Of a stretch of DNA of 64,000 nucleotides, positions 1 through 13,224 are shown piece by piece. The translations under genes and the position numbers were made by a program. The stretch's first letter is position 1; each line of letters starts with the position of its first letter. Under the pieces are notes generated by a model, which was not told the DNA's origin, ran no database searches, and saw nothing but the letters and a program-made list of their open reading frames with translations. Origin of the DNA: the human T2T-CHM13v2.0 reference genome, Homo sapiens; the NCBI RefSeq assembly GCF_009914755.1, contig NC_060925.1, one strand, 5' to 3'.

Positions 1-60
1 CCACATTTCAAGTGCCCAGTAGCCACATGTGGCCAGTGGCTAATGGAGTGAACGGTGCAG
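1..60. mobile_element. DNA transposon fragment (MER3/MER33-like hAT)
   Basis: ccacatttcaagtg...agccacatgtggc..gtggct motif typical of MER3/MER33 ends (by eye). Confidence 0.5.
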
Positions 61-1141
61 CTGTGGGCCTCTGAAGGGCAGAAGCCACGCTGAGTCTTCT
101 GTCTGGGTCCCCTGCTTCCTGTCATGCTTGGCCTAGGGGAGAGCAGCGTAGCATTGTTGATATGACGTGGGCTGGGAGCTCAGCTTTGCCACTTAACAGC
201 TGTTCACTGGCTGACCCCATTGGGCTCAGCTCCCTGAGTTGTAAAGTGGTGATGATAACATTTTCAGTACGGTGCAGAATGTTAATATAAATTCAATATT
301 TTTATTGATGCAGTTTACAGATTTTTACAGATACCAAATGGAAGGCGAGGAGGCAGAACAGCCTGCCTGGTATGTGCACAGGATATGTGAGACCAGAGCT
401 CCTTCCCCTGGATTCTTCTCCTTGGCCTTCTGCCCTGATTGAATTTGGGACCTGGGCCTGTGCCCACACTCTCGCTCTTAGAACCCCGGACTACAGTGGG
501 GTCAGATGGGCAAGTGGCTAATGGCTGTTGAGCTGGCCGTGGAGTTTATGATGTGCTATGGGAATGATGGTCTGTAGACTGATGTTGGGTCAGGGGCAGG
601 GGCAGCAGGGGTGTGGTGGAGTGAGCGTAGGGCTGGGCTGCTGTGGGAGCCAGTTGCTGCTGCCGACTGATCCCTGGAGCCTGGAAGCTGCAGGTGTGCC
701 GGGCTCCCTGTTTCTCTGCCGGGCCAGTGGCTGAGACCTGAGTCTCCATCAACCATGTGGATCTGTAGGGTCAAGCAAGCCTGGCTGCCACCCCTCCTGT
801 CTCCTCTAGGGCCTCCTACTCCTTGGGACCCCTTTTACGCTGCCCCCTCACCCCCAGTCTGGGTGGGCAGTGGTTATTGGTACCGGGGTCTGTTGTCCCC
901 TCCAGATGGAGGACAGGGATCTTTTCCACCTCACCTGTGTCCCCAGTGCCCAGTACAGGCCCAGGCACAAATAGGCCCTTACTTCAGAGAACTGGGTGAA
1001 CCACCAAGTGAGACAAAGTGGTATCTGAACTCCCACAGCCACCACAGGGCAGCAGGAACTCAGAGGCGGCTACGATGTCTGCAACATCTTCTGGGAGGAG
1101 GTGGGCCTGGGATTGGGTCAGAAAGCCCAAACGAAGGTCCA

Positions 1142-1437
1142 GGCCAAGTGACTCATGCCTGTAATCTCAGCACTTTGGGAGGCAAAGATGTGAGGATCAC
1201 TTGAGGTCAGGAGTTTGAGACCACCCGGGCAACATAGAGAGACCCCATCTTTACACAAAATTTAAAAATTTGGCTGGCACGGTTGTGACCCCCTATAGTC
1301 CCAGTTGCTTGAGAGGCTGAGGCTGGAGGATCACTTCAGCCCCGGAGCTCAAGGTTACAGTGAGCTATGATTGCACCACTGCACTCCAGCCTGGGTGACA
1401 GAGTGAGGCCTTGTCTTAAAAAAAAAAAAAAAAAAAA
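1142..1437 (+). mobile_element. Alu (AluJ-like)
   Basis: Dimeric Alu with middle A-rich linker and poly(A) tail at ~1418-1437; diverged. Confidence 0.9.
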
Positions 1438-3357
1438 GCCCAGCAAGATCTACAAGATCTAGACAAGGGAAGGAAAAGGAGCAGCAGCAGAGGATTCTGG
1501 AGTGAGCAGTGGTGTGGCAGGGGTGCAGACCATGCCCATGGAACAGACAATTAGTGGCAGGAAAAGCTAACGTTTACTGAGCACTTACTATGTGCAGTAC
1601 ATGCATTTCACTGACCCCTCTCAGTCTTCCCATAAGGACAGTGCTGTTATCATCCCCAAGGATGGGGGAGAAAGCTGAGGTTTAGATGATTGTAGTCACA
1701 TAAGAGCCAGAGCTGAGGCCAGAGCCAAGGTTGCAGCTCAGGCCGCTAGCTCCAGTCATTAACATCATTGTCAAGCTCCCCAGTTTACAAAACCCTCCTA
1801 GGACCAGGGTCTTGCCAGACCCTTCTAGCTGCTTTATGGTCATGGTTTCTGATCTGGTGATGGGGAGAGAGGCTCAGCCTGAGCCAGTGCTTGTGGCCAC
1901 TCAGCTCAGGAGTGAATGTCCCCCGTGCTGGAGGCATCCACAGCAGGTCCTTGCCGCTGTCCCTGCTGCTCACTTAGTGCAGCATGTTGCTGTGTGTCAT
2001 TGCTGCAGTGGTGACAGCAGCTCATCACCTAATTGCATCACCTTATCACCTCATCACCTAAAAGCCAGGTGCTTTGCATCTTATCTTACTCCACAGAAGC
2101 TGTGTGTTTAGATGTATTATCTGCATTGTACAGACAACGAAACTGAGGCTCAGCAAGGTCAGAGGTGGGACTCAAACTGGGATTTGTGGGACCTGAGAGT
2201 CAGTGAACCTGAGCTACCAGCATGTCTTATCAGAGCCCAGAGATGTCTGAGTCCCTGTAAACAGAAACCAGGAACCCACCAAGAGCCAAGCCTACGCCAC
2301 GGGACTGCTGGGACAATGGCATCTTTCAGCATCTTCCTCTATGGGCCTGAGATCATCCCCTGTACCCCATCCTTGCTGGACCCGGGGCCATGCCAGGGAG
2401 TGGTCTCTGGCAGGTGGCAGTGGTCACTGAGCACATCAGGCCCTGGTGAGGGCAGCTGAGGGGATACACATCAGGAATGGGAGGCCATGAGGGCAGCAGC
2501 AGCTGTAGTCGCTGATCCTTTCTCTGTGCTGGGCTCTGGGCTTGACCTATACCCAGACACAGAGAGTTGCTCACAGCTCTCTGTGGGAAGAAGATACCTT
2601 TGCTATTCAAAACCCAACCCAACTAATGCTAAGCTCTGGGTGAACACAGTCATGGGGAGCCCTGGGGCATCTCAGTGTCCCGCTGCTCCCCCTCTTCCCA
2701 TGTTCATAGCACTGGAATTGGTTCCCAGAAAAGAAAATGCTGATTGCACAAGACAGAGGAAGGGCACTCTAGGCAGAAGGAACAGCATGTGCAAAGGCCT
2801 GGAGGGAGGAGCTATTCAATAGTCCTGTAGAACTGGGGGCAGTTGAGGGGACAGTTGGAAGAGAGTCAGGACCAAGTCAGGAAGGCCTGAGAATGGCGAG
2901 CTGGAGAGCCGGGACGCACCCTGCCAGTGCTGGCTCACCATGGCCTGTGGCTGCTGGAGGAGGCAGGGGGTCTTCCCACACCGCCAGTGCCAGGATAGCA
3001 AGGGTTCAGCACAGTCCAGGTCGTGTCTCAGCTTCCCCTTCTAGGAAATAGGGGTACAGACTCCTTAGGGCCAAGCCTGCTGAATGAAGGCTGCAGAAGG
3101 TTTTGCAGACCTGCCAGAGGACAGGGCTTTACCTCGTCCCCCGCCTCTGGAGGGCAGCCTGGTGGGGGTTGGGCAGGTGCGGAGGGCAGCAGTCAGTCAT
3201 CGGCTGGGCTCTGAGGACAGTCCAGAGTGGGCCCTGCTTTGTGCTCGGGAGGGCCCCGTCATGACTTTCGAGGGCCCCAGCTGTGTCCACTGTACCTCAC
3301 AGGTTCCGTCAGCCCTGGCGCCCAGGCGCATCTGACTCGGCACCCCCTGCAGGCACC

Positions 3358-3669
3358 ATGGCCCAGAGCCGGGTGCTGCTGCTCCTGCTGCTGCTGCCGC
3401 CACAGCTGCACCTGGGACCTGTGCTTGCCGTGAGGGCCCCAGGATTTGGCCGAAGTGGCGGCCACAGCCTGAGCCCCGAAGAGAACGAATTTGCGGAGGA
3501 GGAGCCGGTGCTGGTACTGAGCCCTGAGGAGCCCGGGCCTGGCCCAGCCGCGGTCAGCTGCCCCCGAGACTGTGCCTGTTCCCAGGAGGGCGTCGTGGAC
3601 TGTGGCGGTATTGACCTGCGTGAGTTCCCGGGGGACCTGCCTGAGCACACCAACCACCTATCTCTGCAG
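3358..3669 (+). CDS. PODN: Podocan coding exon (exon 2): signal peptide, acidic stretch, N-terminal Cys cluster, start of LRRs
   Basis: Kozak gcaccATGg at 3358. [16 protein letters not shown] hydrophobic signal peptide and [15 protein letters not shown] (CX3CXCX7C). Acceptor cacag| at 3302, donor CAG|gtgagg after 3669; 104 codons. Confidence 0.97.
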
Positions 3670-5036
3670 GTGAGGTCGGCGTTGCACCTGTGGTCACGGG
3701 GGCTGTCCCACACACCCTTGGTTCCCATCCCAGAACCCTGACACTCCAAGCAAACTGTTCACCCAGAACCTCCAATATGTGCGGCTCTCCACTCCCAACC
3801 ACAGGGTGCTGGGGCAGGTCAGATTTCTGGGGCCCTGGCCGCACCAGGTGACACTCTCCTGATGTCCCAGTCACGGAGCACTGTGATAGTACAATAAAAC
3901 CCACTTTGCTCACTTAGAGTCCAGGCTGGGCCCAGTAAGTCGAGCCAGGCTCTGTCTGAAAATGGACACAGACCTGCCCAGCAGCTGACCCTCTGAATGC
4001 ACAGCCACCATTACACGGTCAGGAAAACCAGAGCAAAGTAGACCTGACAGAATACTCTGGAGCCTTGGAGGATGGAGTGCTGTCTCCAGCCAAGGGGCAG
4101 GCTAGAATTTGGAACCTTGAGAGGTGGGACACAGTGTCCAGACTAGGAGCACCCTGGAGTGCAGATGCACCCATCCTCGCCTTGTGCGGCCCAACAGCCC
4201 TAGGGAGACGGAGGGGCTGCGGCACCCGTTCCCAGAGGCGATCAGGCCTGGTGCGGGAGAGTGACTTGCCTACTGGCATCCACACTGGTGGGTCTGAGCT
4301 GGCGGCTGTGGGAGCCCAAGGCCAGGGCAGCCACTGAGAGAAAGGGCCACATTGAGGGCAGCTCTTACTGTTGGTTCCTTTGCTCTTTCATCCACACATC
4401 AACTCTCTCAGGCGCCTGCACTGGGCCTCTGGTCCTGTGTAGGGGCTGGGCATGGAGGCAGGGCCCGGCGTTCCCTGCCCTGTGCTTACAGTCAGTGGCG
4501 AGGCAGAGACTTCTTAAACAGAGGCACCAGATGGAAATGGAAGGACTGTGTGTGGGGCCCAGAGTAACCTCCTAATTCAGCTCCAGCCCAACCCAGGAAG
4601 GCTTCTGGAGGAGGTGGTACCTGCCCCAGCTTTCCATTCATTCTAAGTGGAGAGGGGACTGCAGGGCCAAGGAGGGGAAGGAAAAGTGGTTTCTGACTTG
4701 GGGAGCAGCTGTGGTTGCCTGTCACGAGGTGGGAACGCTCCAGGAGCACGCCTGGAGGAGATAGCATGTCGAGTTTGAACTGCCCGTAGATGTCCATGTG
4801 TGGGCTCCCTGAAGGCAGGACCCACACTCCTGTTGTGATCACTGCTGTGCCCCAGAGCCCATATGCAGACCTGGCCCAGAGCTGGCACCGGGGGTCTGCT
4901 GCCATGGGGGAGAATTCCAAGGGAGGTGCCCAGCAGGTGGACTGGATTCTAGGACTGGAGCTATGGGTAGGGAATGGAGTCCAGGGCACACCCCACTAGG
5001 CTGATGCTGCTTCCTTGCGGCCCCCTACCCCCCTAG

Positions 5037-5130
5037 AACAACCAGCTGGAAAAGATCTACCCTGAGGAGCTCTCCCGGCTGCACCGGCTGGAGACGCTGA
5101 ACCTGCAAAACAACCGCCTGACTTCCCGAG
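5037..5130 (+). CDS. PODN: Podocan exon 3 (LRR)
   Basis: ccctag|AAC...GAG|gtgagg; translates [31 protein letters not shown]; 94 nt, frame joins flanking exons. Confidence 0.96.
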
Positions 5131-5570
5131 GTGAGGGGCCACCCAGAGCCCAGGGTCAGGGACACCAAGTGGGGCCTTGGGGGCCTGAACGATGCTGGGT
5201 GCCCAGGGGGAGAGCTTGGCCCTGCGGATCTTGGGGTGTGGATGGAAGAGAGCAGGCCCGGGCCAGGCTAGCAGTGGGGCTGCATGAGAACCAGCTCCAC
5301 ACGGGCAAGGGGGCTCCCTATTGTTGCCTGAACACTACACGGATATTTCTTTCTTTTTTTTTTTGACATAGTCACTTACTTTAATAACAATACATATACC
5401 ATGTTATCACCATGGAATGTAAATTCAGGTTAGACAAGAGAATTTCACAAGTGTAATAACATTCTGTAGTATATAAGTTTGTGTATACTGTCTGGCCAAA
5501 CCAGCATATGCTCATAAGTCATTCATCAATTCCATTACAGGTCATTTGTTTAGTTGAATGTTTATAAGCA

Positions 5571-5650
5571 AAATAAAATAAAATAAATAAAAAATAAAAT
5601 AATATAAAATAAAATAAAAATAAAATAAAATAAATAAAAAATAAAAATAA
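5571..5650 (+). repeat. (TAAAA)n microsatellite
   Basis: Run of aaataaaataaa flanked by ataagcaa on both sides. Confidence 0.9.
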
Positions 5651-6276
5651 GCAATGCACACAGTTTTAAAGCATTCACTTACCTTTGCATGAGTTAAAAT
5701 ACAGGATTCTATTTCAAGATGACATTTAAAAATGATTCTAACAGCAGCAAAAATATAATTCTGCAATTACGAAAGAACTAAACTAGAATCCATAAGTTAT
5801 TTTCATGTTTACACTTGTGATTCTTTAATAAATACTATTACTATGCAACTCTGTCTTAAGCTTTCTAAATTTGGTTTAAACACACACGTAGATAGTATCA
5901 GTTGTGGGAGGCTGTACAAGTTATATTCCATGCACTTTTGGACAGAGTTCTAAAAGAGCCAACCAGTCCACAAGACAGGCAGAAAAAAGTTAAATTAACT
6001 GGGGCAAATAGGACCCTTATATAACATCCAACATGTGAGATTCTGCAGCAACTGGGAGTACGTCAGGGTTGGCCTGGACAACCCCGGTGCCCTCCCATCC
6101 TTGTGTCTCCAACCCTTTCTACTCCTTGGACTTGAGACTCAAAGGTCTGCCTGCCTCCTTGACATTTTCCCTAGACGTCCCTGTCTTCTTTATAACTAAT
6201 TTCATCTGAACAGTTTAAGAAGGTGGACATTTCAACACCATCAAGCGCATTCAGGTGACATGTTTCAAGATGTCTA

Positions 6277-6558
<282 letters not shown>

Positions 6559-6653
6559 GCTGTCTAACTAAAGCAAGCTCCTCCAACAAGACCAAGACAG
6601 CATCTCTCCTTCTAAGGCTTAGGATTTGCCCAGAATTCCTGATACCTGGACTA

Positions 6654-6764
<111 letters not shown>

Positions 6765-8107
6765 CTATGCAACAATGGCTGCAAAGCCTGCCATTCCAAT
6801 GGGACAAATGGTGCCTCTTTAGCTTTCTGAAGAAGTTTGGATCCCTGATCTTCATCATGTGAAAAATGGGAAACCTCTGTGTCTATTGACATAGTGATTG
6901 GTTGAAGAATCTCCCTAGAGTGAGAAAACCTCTTACACGCCAACCAGCTTCTGATCCCTCCCGTGCACCCCAGGCGGGTGTTTCTAAGACCTGGGGGATG
7001 CGCAGGAGAGAGGCTTCAGAGAAGCTGAGCTTCCAGAACCTTGTCACAGGATCTTCGGTTCCGAGGGCCTTTAGAACCCAAGAGTTGTAGAGTCCTCACA
7101 TTTTAAAAAGATTTTTTTTTCCTGATGACGAAAATAACATCTGACTGGGATAGAAACTTTGTAACATAAAATGGAAAGAGAAAATTTCTCATAATTTTGC
7201 CACTTGGAATTAACTACTATTGACATTTTGGTAAATTTGTTTCCATTTTTAAAAAAGCAGCTTTCTTGAAGTATCATTTATGTACCGTAGGATTTACCCA
7301 ATTTGAAGGTATAATTGGCTGAGTTTTAGTCAGCGGTGCAGCCAGCACCACAGTCCAGTGGTCTTTTTTCCTTTGTGTTTTAAACTCGTGGCTGAACACA
7401 TGCTATGATATCACAGCCTGCTTTGTTTCTCTTAGCCGTCGGCTCAGCCGCCTCTCTCGTGTTGCTAAAGCCTCTCATTGACCATCATCTTACATAGTGG
7501 CAGCAGGGTGTTCCATGGAGAGACATGCCAGTTTATATAACTGTTCCCTCTTGTTAGATATGTGGGTGAGGTCCAGCATCTGGGGGTCTTGGAGCCCAGA
7601 AACGAGAGTCAGAGGCCAGCCTGGCAGGGCTCCCGGTAGCAGCCGAGTCCTGACACATCTGCCAGATGGAGCAGGGGTGAGCCAGGTGGTGAGGAGGCCC
7701 AGAGCCGCAGCCCCACCCTGTGTGGAGCCATTCCTGGCCCGGCCCCCCTGCCTGTGGATGGGGCTGTGACCTTCTGGGGCTCTCCTGGAGGGGAGGACTT
7801 CTTTCTGGCAGGACAGGGTCAGGCTGGATGCTCTGCTGCTGGCCTGACCTCTCAGGGGTCATCCCCACTCAGAGCGAGGAGTTAGTCTCTCAGTAGACAA
7901 TAACTGCCTGCTCCTCTGAGCCTGGGCTTATGTGAGCAAGGAGAAAGAACAGGGCTGGGCAGGCCCCCCAACTGCTTGGGAGGGGATCTGAGCTGCCTCT
8001 GCCTCCCTAGTCCTGGCAGGCGGGTGGGGGAGGAGGGTGGGCGCTTGCTGTGCTTCCCTGTGGCGTCTCCTCCATCCAGGGCTCTGACCGATGCCTGTCC
8101 TTTGAAG

Positions 8108-8172
8108 GGCTCCCAGAGAAGGCGTTTGAGCATCTGACCAACCTCAATTACCTGTACTTGGCCAATAACAAG
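8108..8172 (+). CDS. PODN: Podocan exon 4 (LRR)
   Basis: tttgaag|GG...AAG|gtgagg; [22 protein letters not shown]; 65 nt. Confidence 0.96.
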
Positions 8173-9363
8173 GTGAGGGGCTTGAGGCAGGGTGGGGGGT
8201 TGCTGCCCTGTCCTCTAGGCATTGTCTTCCCTGAGTTCCATGAACTTTCACCAGGGCCTTTCTGGACTCCCTGCTGGGTCCTTGTTGCTGCTCAGACATG
8301 GCCCTGGGTCGGGGGTGGGGGAGACACGGACCCCATGCCTATAACTCAGGGCATCAGAGTGTGTCAGGTCATGAAGACAGAAGCCAAGGCCCACAGGAGT
8401 GTAGAGGGGGAAGAGCTTGTCCCCACTGGGGAAGGCATACCTGGAGGGCTTCCTGGAGGAGATGGTATTTGAGCAGGGGCATGGAGGGTAATAGGATTCT
8501 AGGCAGGGGCCCCAGGGTGGGGGGCACTGCAGTAGAAGGAATGTCATGAGTGAAGGCACAAGGGTACTCATGTTCAAAATATTTGGTGTGCTCCAGAGCT
8601 CTGTCCCAGCCCCTTCTCTCTCTGAACTCTCTGGAGGTGACCTGTGCCCTCCCAGACTCTGTCTCCCATCTGCATCATGGCCATGTCCAGTGGTTGTCTC
8701 CAACTCTTTCTGCTCCTTGGACTTGAGACTCAAAGGTCTGCCTGCCTCCTTGACATTTCCCCTAGACATCCAGTGGAAGGAAGCTACAGCTTCCCGCCCA
8801 CAGCACCCAGACCCAGTCCTCCTCTGTCATCCCAGCTCTGCAAGGGGGCATCTCCAGCCACCTACAGCCCCACTGGTCCAAGCCACAAATGGTGCCTCTG
8901 GGCCCTGAGCTTCCTCACCATGTCCAGTCCCATTGAGGTCCTCAGCTCTTACCGCACTGGCCCCCATCCCTCACCTGGACGCTTGCCTCCTCACTTGCCC
9001 CCCATTCTTGGAGAAGCCAGAGCAACCTTGAAGTCACACCCATCGCTTCTTGGTCTTTTGGCTAAGATCAGGTGTAAAAGCCACACCCACCTCTGCCCCT
9101 TATCCACGCGGGATGAACCCAGGAGGACGGGCAGGGCAGGGGACAAGTCCTGAGGGCCTTGAATGCCAAGCTGAGTGCTGAGGACAGCCAGAGAGGTTTT
9201 GTTTTTGTTTTTGCAGAGGGGGTGGGACAAGTTTCAATTTGAGAAAGATGGCCTGGTTGCAGGGAGACACAGTGAAGGGGCCCCGGTGGGCAGCAGGCAG
9301 TGGGACCCACAGCTGGCCTCTGCTCCTCCATTGCTCTTTCGGCCCCAACTCTTCCCTTCCCAG

Positions 9364-9473
9364 CTGACCTTGGCACCCCGCTTCCTGCCAAACGCCCTGA
9401 TCAGTGTGGACTTTGCTGCCAACTATCTCACCAAGATCTATGGGCTCACCTTTGGCCAGAAGCCAAACTTGAG
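9364..9473 (+). CDS. PODN: Podocan exon 5 (LRR)
   Basis: Pyrimidine tract + cag|CTG; [36 protein letters not shown]; donor AG|gtcaga; 110 nt. Confidence 0.96.
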
Positions 9474-10135
9474 GTCAGAGGTCGGGGGTGGTCAGGGCTC
9501 GGGCTGGGGCAAGGGGAGGGGCTGAGGTGGAGGCTGCCATCCTGTGTGAGGCAGAGACAGGTCCCGAAGGAGGCCCTGCACTCAGGGCTGTGGTGGAGGG
9601 ACACCCAGGGGCCCTAACAGAGGAGGACAACTCGGGCCAGGAGGTGAGGACAGAGAGTGTTGTCTACAGGAATTGTGGTGAACCAGTGAGGATGTCCCCA
9701 CTTTCCCAGCCCCTGGGGAAGGGGAGCATCTTTCAACAGGCAGAACTGCCCTTCGCTGAGCTGCATTGGGAGGAGCAACCGCCCCCCAGCATAGGTGTGC
9801 GAGAGAGCAGTGTGGTGCAGGCGGGGTGGGGGGCTGCCGGGGAGCCGCCTCCAGGACAGTTTGGGGGCTGGACAACCCCAGTGCCCTTCCATCCCTGCGT
9901 CTGCCATCTCAGTGACTCTCTCCATCTGTCTGAGGACCCAGGACCACTGTACACGGCCCCATCCCACAGACAGAGGCTCAAGACGGGCCACACAGCAAAA
10001 CTGAGCTGTGTCTGTCACAGATGACCCTTGTTCCTTGTCTTCCCTCCTTCTAGTATGTTGGGTCCACGAGGGCAGGGTCTGTCTCATTGGTCATGTCCAC
10101 TGTTATGCCCTCAGTCTAGAACAGCTCTGGCATCT

Positions 10136-10225
10136 CATATATATATTTATTTATACACCTTTTATATATATATGCATATATCTCTATTTAATATATTATA
10201 TTACATAATATATTAACTATATATT
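10136..10225. repeat. AT-rich/(TA)n low-complexity repeat
   Basis: atatatatatttatttata... Confidence 0.85.
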
Positions 10226-10691
10226 TGCTGAATGGATGAGGGCCACCTCCTCTGAGACAGGCCCTGTGCTGGCACTAGGGCCAAAGAGGCAGGCAGAGAT
10301 AGGCCCTGTGTTTAGGAAGTCCTAGGAACTCAGAGCCAGGCTGCGTGGGGTTGACAGGCAGGGATGAAGGGGCCGCGAGTCAGGCAAGGACTCCAGGGCT
10401 GAAAGGGTCAGGGGTCAACTGAGACCTTGAAAGGCGTGGAGGGGCCTCTGCCAGGGGTCAGGAAATCCTATTTCTCCCGCTAGCTTATGGGACCACCTGT
10501 GGTGGGGCACGGCCCCTTCTGGTCCTTGGTTCTGTCAGCTGTGTAGGCAACATCTGAGGTGCTTCTAACTCTGTACCCTTGAGTTTGGATGGAAGGAGAG
10601 CAGCCTGGGCAAGGGTTTAGAGGCTCACCAGTTGAGCTGGCGCAGGGCCTGGGGAGCCCAGGTGGGTGAGGACCTGTGCCTTGACCCCCAG

Positions 10692-10848
10692 GTCTGTGTA
10701 CCTGCACAACAACAAGCTGGCAGACGCCGGGCTGCCGGACAACATGTTCAACGGCTCCAGCAACGTCGAGGTCCTCATCCTGTCCAGCAACTTCCTGCGC
10801 CACGTGCCCAAGCACCTGCCGCCTGCCCTGTACAAGCTGCACCTCAAG
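10692..10848 (+). CDS. PODN: Podocan exon 6 (LRR)
   Basis: cccag|G; [52 protein letters not shown]; donor AAG|gtgggc; 157 nt. Confidence 0.96.
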
Positions 10849-11186
10849 GTGGGCAGGGGAGGGGTAAGGAGGGGCACAGCAGACCCCACAGCCAGGGCAC
10901 TGGGGCAGGGGCCTGCAGGGGAAGAGCTCAGGCCCACATGGGCACAGGTGCTGCCCAAGTGGGGCCCCGGGGCTGACAGCAAGGAGTCTACTGTGGAGAA
11001 GTGGGCAGAAACCCGGGCACCTGGCCAGTGGGTTGTGTGTGGCGTTGGTGGCCCCACACCTGGGTTGCTTCAGGTCTGGGTGCCTTCCTGGTGGCTTCCC
11101 AGACTCCTCTCCACACCTCATCCCGAGGCCCTGACCTTGCCCTCGGCCCTCCCTCACAATCTCCTCCCTTCCCTTCCATCCCCCAG

Positions 11187-11302
11187 AACAACAAGCTGGA
11201 GAAGATCCCCCCGGGGGCCTTCAGCGAGCTGAGCAGCCTGCGCGAGCTATACCTGCAGAACAACTACCTGACTGACGAGGGCCTGGACAACGAGACCTTC
11301 TG
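11187..11302 (+). CDS. PODN: Podocan exon 7 (LRR)
   Basis: ccccag|AAC; [38 protein letters not shown]; donor TG|gtgagt; 116 nt. Confidence 0.96.
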
Positions 11303-11866
11303 GTGAGTCCTTGTCTCACCAGGTCCTTGGCGTGACCACGGGGCCCGGGAAGCTCCTTCAGGGCCAACCATCCAGCCCAGCCCAGCCCCTCACGCACGTC
11401 CCCTGCCCACCTTCCCTGGAGAAGGAACTTTAAGCCTTGTGCCTCTGTTGACATTTCTGTCCCTGGGAACAAGGACTATGTAGAAGTAAGGCCTTCCAAG
11501 ATTCCAGTGAGGCAAAGAAGCGTTGGTGGAGGCTGGCTTCTTGGTGCGAAATACAGACTCGGGCATTCTTGCTGAAGGCAAATGCATTTTCATTTTTCTA
11601 AGGGACCAGGGTAGCCATAAAAGGCTATCAAAAGGTTAAATAGTGGTCTTCAAGTAAACTCCTGTGTGTCAGAAAATGCCGGATCCTTCCTACACCAGAA
11701 TATCATTGAGTCAACCCAAGGAGCAAGGACTGAGGGCCCACAGTCAGTGAGCAGCAGAGCTGGGAGGAGCTAGTGGCAATTCCCCAGCCACATCTCTTGG
11801 GAATCATGGTGGAAACGAGCACAATGTGGGCTCTTGCCAACCGTCCTAATTCCCTCCCTGCCCCAG

Positions 11867-12524
11867 GAAGCTCTCCAGCCTGGAGTACCTGGATCTGTCC
11901 AGCAACAACCTGTCTCGGGTCCCAGCTGGGCTGCCGCGCAGCCTGGTGCTGCTGCACTTGGAGAAGAACGCCATCCGGAGCGTGGACGCGAATGTGCTGA
12001 CCCCCATCCGCAGCCTGGAGTACCTGCTGCTGCACAGCAACCAGCTGCGGGAGCAGGGCATCCACCCACTGGCCTTCCAGGGCCTCAAGCGGTTGCACAC
12101 GGTGCACCTGTACAACAACGCGCTGGAGCGCGTGCCCAGTGGCCTGCCTCGCCGCGTGCGCACCCTCATGATCCTGCACAACCAGATCACAGGCATTGGC
12201 CGCGAAGACTTTGCCACCACCTACTTCCTGGAGGAGCTCAACCTCAGCTACAACCGCATCACCAGCCCGCAGGTGCACCGCGACGCCTTCCGCAAGCTGC
12301 GCCTGCTGCGCTCGCTGGACCTGTCGGGCAACCGGCTGCACACGCTGCCACCTGGGCTGCCTCGAAATGTCCATGTGCTGAAGGTCAAGCGCAATGAGCT
12401 GGCTGCCTTGGCACGAGGGGCGCTGGTGGGCATGGCTCAGCTGCGTGAGCTGTACCTCACCAGCAACCGACTGCGCAGCCGAGCCCTGGGCCCCCGTGCC
12501 TGGGTGGACCTCGCCCATCTGCAG
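11867..12524 (+). CDS. PODN: Podocan exon 8 (large multi-LRR exon)
   Basis: ccccag|G AAG; [15 protein letters not shown]...AWVDLAHLQ with repeated LxxLxLxxNxL; donor CAG|gtaagc; 658 nt. Confidence 0.97.
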
Positions 12525-13224
12525 GTAAGCGGAAGGGAGGGGGCTGAGCCATGCCCATGGAGGGGGGTACTGGCATGGCTGCCCTGAGCCCACCTGTCTG
12601 AAGGGTGAGGAGAAGGGCTGGGTGGTGAGGGAGGTTTCTCTGGTATGGCCAGGCTGAGCTCATTCACCTTCAGGTATCTGCTGGAGATGCTGGCTAAGGC
12701 GAAGCTAGGCCTTAGGGGAGGCAGGAGGTGGGTCAGGCAGAGGGTGTGGCTGGCATGCCAGGGTGAGCCCAGCCCACCTGCAGGTACAAGAGTGAGGGGC
12801 AGAGTACAGGTGGTATGACCGAGCTGAGCTCATCACCTGCAGATACAGGTTTGAGAAGGGCTGTGGAGGTAAGGAAGGTCATGGCTGCAGGTAGGGGCCC
12901 TAGGCTCAGGAGGACCGGGGGCCAGTTCGGGTGGTATGTATGGGAGAGTCAAGCTCACCCCTTTGCAGGCACAGGAGTAGGTATGTGGAGAAGGCTGGGC
13001 TTTGGGATGGGAGGCAGAGGGGACAGCCTGAGCTGTGGGCCCACCTCACCAGTCTGCAGAGGGCTGGAGGTGGGGATCTACTCATGCTTTCTGAGGCTGG
13101 CCAGTCGATGTGGCTGCTGTGACCACATGGTCAGAATTAGGCAGGGATGCCTGGGCACATAGTTCACTTTGGTAACAAAACCCCCAACTCAACCAGTGTG
13201 GGTGAAAGAGAAATCCACTCTATA

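Noticed and set aside
755-1204. 149-aa ORF in PODN intron 1
   Set aside because: No recognisable domain, and it runs into an Alu; likely a chance ORF.
11703-12593. 296-aa antisense ORF over PODN exon 8
   Set aside because: Shadow ORF caused by GC3-rich codon usage of the sense exon.
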